The notes under the pieces: model-generated
The model's database searches: none
What the model was told of the DNA's origin: nothing
What the model saw: only the letters and a program-made list of their open reading frames with translations
Program-made: the position numbers and the translations under genes
Shown: positions 17,584 through 24,371 of the stretch, one piece after another
How the letters are laid out: each line of letters begins with the position of its first letter
How positions within the stretch are numbered: the stretch's first letter is position 1
NCBI GenBank assembly: GCA_037133435.1
Contig: JBAXOD010000002.1
Span: forward strand, 23,545-87,544
Length of the DNA stretch: 64,000 bases
Direction: 5' to 3'
Origin: Candidatus Moraniibacteriota bacterium
GTDB taxonomy: Bacteria > Patescibacteriota > Minisyncoccia > Moranbacterales > UBA1568

Positions 17584-18986
17584 AACGATGCTCCGCCCCG
17601 CACGAGGAGTGAAATCTGATTCGCCGCCGCGCCGAGAGCCTGCTGAGTCGTCTTCTCACCGCGGTACACGGATTCGATCACGTCGGCCAGGGCGCCTTCC
17701 GCCTGATCGACCTCGCCGACCCGCCACGTCCTGGCGATGAGGTTCCCGTACGCGAACGGTGCGAGCCACGCATCGTTCTTTTCCTCTTCCAACAGATCGC
17801 GACGGGCCGCCGGTTGCCCGGTCGCCTGGAGATACGCCTTGGCCGGATCGGTCTTGATATCGGCATTGACGGAATACTGCGTATCGAGATAATTGCGGAG
17901 CGTGATCTTCTGCTCCGGATGCGGAAGCGTGAGAAACCGCAGGAACTGCCAGGATTCGTGCACGCGCAGATCGTTATACCGATCCACCGGAAAGGTCGTG
18001 GACTTGCCCGCGACGACCGGGGCGTTCCGATTCTTCGCGACCACGAGCACCCAATAGTTCGCGACATTCGAGGGAGCGAGTCCGGTGAACTGCGGAAGCG
18101 GCGCGACGCCGAAGTTGAGTTTCGCGTTCTTATTCCTGATGGTACTGAGATTCCATGAATAATTGATCATCATCGCGAGCTTGCCCTCGTAGAACGTGTC
18201 GATGGAATAATGCTGATCCGCGTTCCAGGAATAATACGGCGAGCTCGTCCTGGCGAACTGCGCATAAAAATCCGTGGCTCGCGCCATCTCGGCGCTCGAG
18301 AACGCGAGGTTGTCGTAGAAACCGTCCCGGGTACTCTTCAGCCCCTGTTGCATGGCGATCGCCAACAGCACGTCGGTCGAACGGTTGATATTCTTGGCCG
18401 TCCCCAGCGAAACCGCCGACTCCGTGATATTTCCGTACGCGTCGACCGCACTCAACAACCGGACGTCCTTCAGGAATTCTTCCCAGGTCGCGGGCGGCGC
18501 GGAGATTCCGGCGGCATTGAGGAGATCTTTGTTGTAATAGAGCGCGAGCGAATCCATGGCAAGCGGCATACAGTACACCTTGCCGTCGATGACGCAGTCG
18601 TTGATCGCGGCATCCGCGAACGTATCCCGGAACTCCTTCTCGGTCACCATGGAATCCGGTGCCGGTTCGATCAGGTTCTTGACGAGCGGAAGCCACGCAT
18701 TGCGAACCAGAAACACGTCCGGCCCGTTCCCCTCGGCGAATGCCGCAAGAAGGTCCCGCCGATAGTTCTCCTCCACTTTCTTCTTGTATTCGATGCGCCC
18801 GATATGCGTCTGATTCAATCTTTCATAAGGCGCGATGGCGTCCTTGTACGCCTGGGCATCGTCGAAAATCCCCCACATCTCGAGATCGATCTGATAGGCC
18901 GGCGGCACCACCTTCGAGCACCCGGAGAGGGAGACGGCGGCCAGCAATACGGATATGAAAACGGCTCCTTTTTGTATCTTTCGCAT
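17580..18986 (-). CDS. ABC transporter substrate-binding lipoprotein (family 1 solute-binding, sugar-type)
   Basis: Start at MRKIQKGAVFISVLLAAVSLSGC (lipobox) not the 623-aa ORF-track extension; periplasmic-binding-protein-like sequence. Confidence 0.65.
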   Translation of the reverse strand: MRKIQKGAVFISVLLAAVSLSGCSKVVPPAYQIDLEMWGIFDDAQAYKDAIAPYERLNQTHIGRIEYKKKVEENYRRDLLAAFAEGNGPDVFLVRNAWLPLVKNLIEPAPDSMVTEKEFRDTFADAAINDCVIDGKVYCMPLAMDSLALYYNKDLLNAAGISAPPATWEEFLKDVRLLSAVDAYGNITESAVSLGTAKNINRSTDVLLAIAMQQGLKSTRDGFYDNLAFSSAEMARATDFYAQFARTSSPYYSWNADQHYSIDTFYEGKLAMMINYSWNLSTIRNKNAKLNFGVAPLPQFTGLAPSNVANYWVLVVAKNRNAPVVAGKSTTFPVDRYNDLRVHESWQFLRFLTLPHPEQKITLRNYLDTQYSVNADIKTDPAKAYLQATGQPAARRDLLEEEKNDAWLAPFAYGNLIARTWRVGEVDQAEGALADVIESVYRGEKTTQQALGAAANQISLLVRGGASL

Positions 18987-18994
18987 AATATTTT

Positions 18995-19648
18995 CTATTT
19001 TGTCACGAGAAACGCGTAATGATACGCCCCGACCGGGATATCGCGGATTTCCGTAAAGCCGATCTTTTCCAAAATCTGTTTCATATCCCCCGCGGAAATC
19101 CGTTTCCCCGTTTCCGGTCCGACCTTCCCCTCCGTTTCCGGATTCCATTCCATGATCAGTCCGTGTCCGCCGGGATGAAGCACCCGCGAGACCTCTCGCA
19201 AGATCACATCCTTCATATCGTTCTGAAAGAGCATGTCCTTGACGATGACCCAATCCACGCTCGCCGGAGCAAGCCCCGAACCGTTCTCCCGTTCCAGGTT
19301 GGCCCGCTTCGTCGTGATATTCCTGAGACCCAAGAGCTTGGCCTGACTCTCCATCGCCTCGAGCGCGGCCGGCAGGACGTCGAGCGCGATAACCTGCCCT
19401 TCTTCGCCGACCGCTCTCGAAAATTCCACGGAAAAATATCCTGCGCCGCACCCGAAATCGGCCACGGTCCCTTTCGGTGCGACCGGTAACGCCGCCACGA
19501 CAGCCTTCGGATCCACGAATGTCGGAGAAGAGAACATACTCGTTTCTATATCGGTATTATATTTGCCTGATTCCAATAAATATAGTACAACAATTGAAGG
19601 CGAAAAGAAAGAAGTTCCGGAAAGCTTCTGGAGCCGTTCGAGCTTCAT
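18995..19648 (-). CDS. Class I SAM-dependent methyltransferase
   Basis: Motif I VADFGCGAGYFS, motif post-I ALDV, 217 aa. Confidence 0.65.
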   Translation of the reverse strand: MKLERLQKLSGTSFFSPSIVVLYLLESGKYNTDIETSMFSSPTFVDPKAVVAALPVAPKGTVADFGCGAGYFSVEFSRAVGEEGQVIALDVLPAALEAMESQAKLLGLRNITTKRANLERENGSGLAPASVDWVIVKDMLFQNDMKDVILREVSRVLHPGGHGLIMEWNPETEGKVGPETGKRISAGDMKQILEKIGFTEIRDIPVGAYHYAFLVTK

Positions 19649-19744
19649 TAGCCTCCAAAGCTTCGAAAGAGAAGCTTCGAGAACCTTGGCAAGAGGTCGG
19701 GAACACGGTTAAAATGAGGAGCCGTTCCCGTTCAATGGCACTTG

Positions 19745-19899
19745 GAGCCTATCCGTTAGGAACATACCTCCTGCGCCTAAAATCTTCGGCGTACACGCGC
19801 GTACCCCTTGTCGTCTTATCCAGATAGGGCTCCGCGGGTTACCCGCCTTTCCACTCGAAGCTTATACGGCTCGTGACGGAGACCCTGACGGATAGGCTC
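19745..19899 (-). mobile_element. 155-bp MITE-like element copy 1 (inverted relative to copies 2 and 3)
   Basis: Terminal inverted repeats gagcctatccgttagg / cctgacggataggctc; >85% identical to 22579-22735 and 32646-32800 after reverse complement. Confidence 0.65.
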
Positions 19900-19987
19900 T
19901 TATTCTCCTCCGAGTGTTCCCTGTTTACTGTTTACTGTTTACTGTTCATTGTTGTCAGTTGTCAGTGGTTAGTTATCAATCAAATAC

Positions 19988-20049
19988 GGAGAGATGACCG
20001 AGTGGTTGAAGGTACCGCTCTCGAAAAGCGGCAGGCCCGAAAGGGCCTC
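19988..20049 (+). pseudogene. 62-nt 5' fragment of tRNA-Ser(CGA) (acceptor through first half of T-loop), exact duplicate of 20391-20452
   Basis: ggagagatgaccgagtggttgaaggtaccgctctcgaaaagcggcaggcccgaaagggcctcgagggttcg identical in both copies; diverges inside T-loop. Confidence 0.75.
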
Positions 20050-20122
20050 GAGGGTTCGTCCGGCATACGCCGGACGCCCCGCGCATGCGGGGCGAATCCC
20101 ACATTTAAGGAGAAGGCTGCAT

Positions 20123-20386
20123 ATGTTCTATGTCTATATCCTCAGAAGCAAGAAAGACAATGACTTCTATATCGGGTCAACCGGAGATTTAAAAAGAAGA
20201 ATGAAAGAACATAATCGCGGAGTAGTGGAATCAACAAGACACAGACGACCTCTTGAACTCCTATGCTATGAAGCGTACAACTATAAAGAAGAAGCTCAAG
20301 CGAGAGAGCGTTTTCTAAAAAGCAGTGACGGAAAGAAAGATTTACGGAAACGATTGACTCGCAGTTTGGAAAAAAAGGAAAAATAA
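20123..20386 (+). CDS. Small GIY-YIG nuclease-domain protein (YhbQ/UPF0213-like)
   Basis: MFYVYILRSKKDNDFYIGSTGDLKRRMKEHN = GIY-YIG motif; AAGGAG SD 8 nt upstream of ATG at 20123; 87 aa. Confidence 0.75.
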   Translation: MFYVYILRSKKDNDFYIGSTGDLKRRMKEHNRGVVESTRHRRPLELLCYEAYNYKEEAQARERFLKSSDGKKDLRKRLTRSLEKKEK

Positions 20387-20390
20387 GTAC

Positions 20391-20477
20391 GGAGAGATGA
20401 CCGAGTGGTTGAAGGTACCGCTCTCGAAAAGCGGCAGGCCCGAAAGGGCCTCGAGGGTTCGAATCCCTCTCTCTCCT
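20391..20477 (+). tRNA. tRNA-Ser (anticodon CGA)
   Basis: Acceptor GGAGAGA/TCTCTCC, anticodon loop CTCGAAA, long variable arm CAGGCCCGAAAGGGCCTC, T-arm GAGGG-TTCGAAT-CCCTC. Confidence 0.85.
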
Positions 20478-20486
20478 CACTGAAAG

Positions 20487-20523
20487 AAAATCAGGATCCC
20501 ATTTTGGGGTCCTGATTTTTTTC
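20487..20523 (+). terminator. Rho-independent terminator after tRNA-Ser
   Basis: aaaatcaggatcccattttggggtcctgattttttt. Confidence 0.65.
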
Positions 20524-20529
20524 GGTTTG

Positions 20530-20665
20530 AATGGGAAAAAGGGATTCGAAAGCCGGACTGCTAGCAGGCAGGAGGCGGGGTCGCGACCTCGAGCACGGCC
20601 TTCGGAGGCCGGACGCTCGAGAGTTGTGACCGAGTCCCTCCCTTTCCTCAAAAGCGAATGACCGT
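20530..20665 (+). ncRNA. Structured tRNA-Ser-derived element 1 (14-bp closing helix GGAAAAAGGGATTC/GAGTCCCTCCCTTTCC); candidate small RNA or pseudo-tRNA
   Basis: 3' end gagtccctccctttcctca resembles tRNA-Ser 3' end; sits between two terminators. Confidence 0.3.
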
Positions 20666-20706
20666 CCCGATCATATTGGGGCGGTTATTCGTTTCTTGTG
20701 AGATGG

Positions 20707-20790
20707 AAGAGGGATTCGAAGGGATATGGAAATGTGAACGATTTCACGTTTCCATGTCCCCGGCCCGCAGGGGAATCCCTCCCTTTCCTC
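20707..20790 (+). ncRNA. Structured tRNA-Ser-derived element 2 (closing helix GGAAGAGGGATTC/GAATCCCTCCCTTTCC, internal 13-bp hairpin ATGGAAATGTGAA/TTCACGTTTCCAT)
   Basis: Direct reading of complementary segments; immediately followed by terminator. Confidence 0.3.
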
Positions 20791-20796
20791 AACGGA

Positions 20797-20833
20797 AATC
20801 AAAAGACTCCTGAATGGGGTCTTTTGATTTTTG
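20797..20833 (+). terminator. Rho-independent terminator
   Basis: aaatcaaaagactcctgaatggggtcttttgattttt. Confidence 0.65.
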
Positions 20834-21030
20834 TGTGTTGTGTTAATGGATGGATTCGAAATTGCAGGCATCTCAGGAAATCCGGCATTTCATTTGTCGC
20901 ATAGCGTCTGTCTTTCCACCGAAATGGATTGCGTGTCAAAGGTACGGATGATACAGTAAGGATGTTTTCGGATAATTCGGAAGATACCGAACAGTACCAT
21001 TCGAAGAATCAGACAGCCAAACGCTCTCAT

Positions 21031-22593
21031 ATGAGGATATCTTTGGAAAGTATTTTCTATCGCGTCATCCTTCCTTTCATGTTTCTTGAGGGATTTCTCC
21101 TGAGAATCGGCAATCTCAGAAAAGGTTTCTGGATCGACGAGTATCTCACCATCGAAACCGCACAGAAACTGACGTTTTTCAATCATACTGACACGGTCGG
21201 TCTCAACCCTTATTACGTCGGCCTCCGTCTGGTCGCATACCTCTTCGGTACCGACGAGACCGCCGTACGGATCATTTCCGTCCTGTTCGGTCTTGCGTCG
21301 GCATTCATCCTTTTCCTGATCGGAAAAAAATATTTTCACGAACGCGTCGGGCTCATCTCATCCTGTATCTTTCTGCTTACTCCCTTAGGCATATCGCTCG
21401 GTCAGGAAGTACGGCCATATTCCATGCTCCTTTTCCTTTCCCTGTGCCAACTATTTTTCTTTCTGGAAATATTGCAGTCCGTCTCCGAAGGTAAGCGGGT
21501 GAAAAATATCCGATTCATGCACCTCTCCGTCCTTACCCTGCTGATCCTGTTCATCCACCTGTCATCGGTATTATTCCTCGTCTCCGAAATGATCGTCCTT
21601 TCGTTCATAACGATCATCGAAAAACGGTGGCCGACGGACGTCTTCAAATATTATCTCGCTTGTTTGTTCCCGATGTTCGCGTTCTTCGCCTGGTTCTATC
21701 GTGACATCCTTACAAAACTCGGATTTATCGTTTCGGACCGGAATTACATTACCGTCTATTCAAACAGCGGACGCTCTTTCGCCGATGTGATCGTTTTCAT
21801 CCAGAATATCTCAACGGGACTCATCCCGGAGAAGCCAAAGGAGAGCCTGCTGGTATTCCTCCTTGCGCTCATTCTGATCGGAGCATCCATCGGCATTTGC
21901 CATTCTTTCATACGACGCGCCACGATCGTAAACGCCCTCTTTGGAATAACGATTCTCCGGATCTGCATCGGGCTGTCGATGCATGACTTCATTCCGAGAC
22001 ACGCGTTCATATTGACCCCTCTTTTTTCACTCTTTCTCGGAATATCCCTCTACAACCTTTCAAAAGTTCGCAGGGTTCCAAAGGTGGTCATTTTTTGCGT
22101 GTACGGATTCTTCATTCTGTCCCTCGCATATCTTTCACTGATTTCGCAGAAAGCCGAGAAAGCCGATCCGGGGAGACAATGGGGGTCGGTCGCCGATTTC
22201 GTCGAACGAAACGCCGGACCGGAAAAAGCGGTCATCGTGGCAGTCCCCTATCTGAAAGGGATATTCACCCATTATTATCATGGAACGACTCCGATCATCA
22301 CTATGGATGATTACAAGGAAAAATCACGAAATACCCTCATAGAGAACAATGAAATCGGTGTCTCGTTCATAAATCAAGAGCTGACCGATGCGTTGATCGG
22401 CAAGAGTATCGGGTTTCGAGAAATTCTGGTCGTCAAAGACGTTATCGCCTTAGATTTGAGCGATGTGGACAAACGCTTCGATACGGCTTTAGCAAGTCGT
22501 TTCATCCGGATCGATACAACCTGTTTCCCGGCTTCAGCGAAAATCCTGTGCGTCGAACGCTATCGAAGAGCCGACCAAGAGCCTATCCGTTAG
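21031..22593 (+). CDS. GT-C fold membrane glycosyltransferase (ArnT/PMT-like)
   Basis: ~12 TM, GFWIDE in first loop, N-terminal hydrophobic domain followed by C-terminal soluble domain; start at MRISLES. Confidence 0.5.
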   Translation: MRISLESIFYRVILPFMFLEGFLLRIGNLRKGFWIDEYLTIETAQKLTFFNHTDTVGLNPYYVGLRLVAYLFGTDETAVRIISVLFGLASAFILFLIGKKYFHERVGLISSCIFLLTPLGISLGQEVRPYSMLLFLSLCQLFFFLEILQSVSEGKRVKNIRFMHLSVLTLLILFIHLSSVLFLVSEMIVLSFITIIEKRWPTDVFKYYLACLFPMFAFFAWFYRDILTKLGFIVSDRNYITVYSNSGRSFADVIVFIQNISTGLIPEKPKESLLVFLLALILIGASIGICHSFIRRATIVNALFGITILRICIGLSMHDFIPRHAFILTPLFSLFLGISLYNLSKVRRVPKVVIFCVYGFFILSLAYLSLISQKAEKADPGRQWGSVADFVERNAGPEKAVIVAVPYLKGIFTHYYHGTTPIITMDDYKEKSRNTLIENNEIGVSFINQELTDALIGKSIGFREILVVKDVIALDLSDVDKRFDTALASRFIRIDTTCFPASAKILCVERYRRADQEPIR

Positions 22594-22735
22594 GGTCTCC
22601 GTCACGAGCCGTACGATCTTCGAGCGGAAAGGCGGGTAACCAGCGGATCCCTCTCCGTAGATACGGCGACAAGGGGTACGCGCGTGTACGCCGAAGATCA
22701 TAGGCGCAGGAGGTATGTTCCTAACGGATAGGCTC
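22579..22735 (+). mobile_element. 155-bp MITE-like element copy 2
   Basis: gagcctatccgttagg...cctaacggataggctc; overlaps stop codon of upstream gene. Confidence 0.65.
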
Positions 22736-22940
22736 TCAGTAGATGATAACAAACCCCCGAGTCAATCGATTCGCGATCCATCTTGTCACTCCGGTTTCAT
22801 TCCGATATCGTGATTGTCTGCGTCGAGAGGCTCCGGGAGCATTCCATGGTATCATCAGTGGGATAGGAATACCGGTAACCGGATATCGGAACAAGACAAA
22901 AAATCATATACCGAACGGCAAAAAACCACAGACAGAACCT

Positions 22941-24371
22941 ATGTCGAAACGAACACAGACGGTCATCCTCGGCGCCGGTCCGGCGGGATTATCGGCCGCG
23001 TACGAAATGAATGGGAGCGGCAGCGACATAGTCGTACTCGAGGCGGACCGATCGGTCGGAGGCATCAGCAAGACCGTCTCCTTCAAAGAATGCCTTTTCG
23101 ACCTCGGTGGACACCGATTCCATACCGATATTTCCGAAGTTTCACGGCTCTGGGAAAGCCTTCTGGGCGACGACTTCCTGACCCGACCGAGACTTTCCAG
23201 GATCCGCTACCGGGGGAAATTTTTCGATTATCCGCTCACGCCGATGAATGCCGTCTTCGGACTCGGCATGATCGATTCCATCGGTATCCTTTGGAGTTAT
23301 CTGGCCGCCCGCATGTTCCCCTCCAAGGAAGAGAGGACGTTTGAACAATGGGTATCGAACCGTTTCGGGAAACGACTGTTCGAAATTTTTTTCAAGTCCT
23401 ACACGGAAAAGGTCTGGGGAATCCCCTGCGATGAACTCAGTGCCGAATGGGCCGCACAGAGAATCGACGGTCTTTCCTTGTCCGTCGCGATCCGACAAGC
23501 CCTGTTCCCGGAACGAAATGGTAAGGTGAAGACGTTGATCGACGAATTCCGTTACCCGAAACTCGGACCAGGCATGCTCTACGACGAGATGATGCGCCGC
23601 ATACGCGAGCGTGGTGGACAGATCGAGACCGGTACGCGCGTCATAGGATTGCATGCCGACGGGAACAGGATTCGCAACATTCTCACGGAAGACGCGGATG
23701 GGAACGGCGCCGAGTATCCGGCAGACTTCCTCATCTCAAGCATGCCGATCGACGAACTCGTGACTATGATCCGGCCTGTTGCGCCCGAGGCCGTCATCGC
23801 CGCCGCAAACGGACTCCGTTATCGAAGTCTTGTCTCGGTCAGCCTCGTCCTCGATTGCCCGAACCCCTTCCCGGACAATTGGATCTACGTACACACGCCG
23901 GAAGTACGATTGGGCCGCATACAGAACTTCGGCAATTGGAGCCCTTCCATGGTCGAGCCCGTTGGACGGGTCGCCCTCGGATTGGAATACTTCTGCGACG
24001 AAGGGGACGACTTCTGGAATACGGACGATACCGCTCTCATCGCGCTCGGACTCGATGAGATGAGAAAGATCGGCATAGCGGGATATGACGGCTTTATCGA
24101 CGGGTTCGTGACGCGTATACCGAAGGCCTACCCCGTCTATCACGGTGCCTACCGAGAGAACGTCGCCATCTTACGAACGTACCTCGAAGGGTTTCGGAAC
24201 CTGCAGACGATCGGGAGAAACGGGATGTTCCGCTACAACAATATGGATCATTCGGTCCTGACGGGAATCCTGGCGGCCAAGAACATACCCGAAAAAAGAT
24301 TCGATCTTTGGGATGCGAAACGATATTCCGACGTTACTTCGATAACGGCCGACGAGGCGCTGGACATATGA
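22941..24371 (+). CDS. UDP-galactopyranose mutase (Glf)-family FAD-dependent enzyme
   Basis: VILGAGPAGLSAAYE Rossmann GxGxxG; GGHRFHTD, FEIFFKSYTEKVWGIPCDELSAEW and GRNGMFRYNNMD blocks align with Glf GPHIFHTD / YEAFFKGYTIKQWG / GRLGTYRYLDMD. Confidence 0.6.
   Translation: MSKRTQTVILGAGPAGLSAAYEMNGSGSDIVVLEADRSVGGISKTVSFKECLFDLGGHRFHTDISEVSRLWESLLGDDFLTRPRLSRIRYRGKFFDYPLTPMNAVFGLGMIDSIGILWSYLAARMFPSKEERTFEQWVSNRFGKRLFEIFFKSYTEKVWGIPCDELSAEWAAQRIDGLSLSVAIRQALFPERNGKVKTLIDEFRYPKLGPGMLYDEMMRRIRERGGQIETGTRVIGLHADGNRIRNILTEDADGNGAEYPADFLISSMPIDELVTMIRPVAPEAVIAAANGLRYRSLVSVSLVLDCPNPFPDNWIYVHTPEVRLGRIQNFGNWSPSMVEPVGRVALGLEYFCDEGDDFWNTDDTALIALGLDEMRKIGIAGYDGFIDGFVTRIPKAYPVYHGAYRENVAILRTYLEGFRNLQTIGRNGMFRYNNMDHSVLTGILAAKNIPEKRFDLWDAKRYSDVTSITADEALDI

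Noticed and set aside
17580-19451. ORF-track 623-aa version of the solute-binding protein, and similar N-terminal extensions (clpP 280 aa, rny from 6353, glf-like from 22743, SDR from 26702, nadM from 52777/54930)
   Set aside because: The extensions are Arg/Gly-rich junk upstream of obvious native starts with signal peptides or conserved N-termini, and they overlap neighbouring genes. Downstream Met codons were used instead.
19988-20477. Group I/archaeal-type intron inside tRNA-Ser T-loop carrying the GIY-YIG ORF
   Set aside because: After the insertion point there is no 3' exon. Instead a complete second tRNA-Ser follows, so this is a duplicated 5' fragment plus an intact gene, not an interrupted gene.
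20142-20651. 169-aa minus-strand ORF across tRNA-Ser and terminators
   Set aside because: Overlaps an intact tRNA gene and two intrinsic terminators. Implausible as coding.
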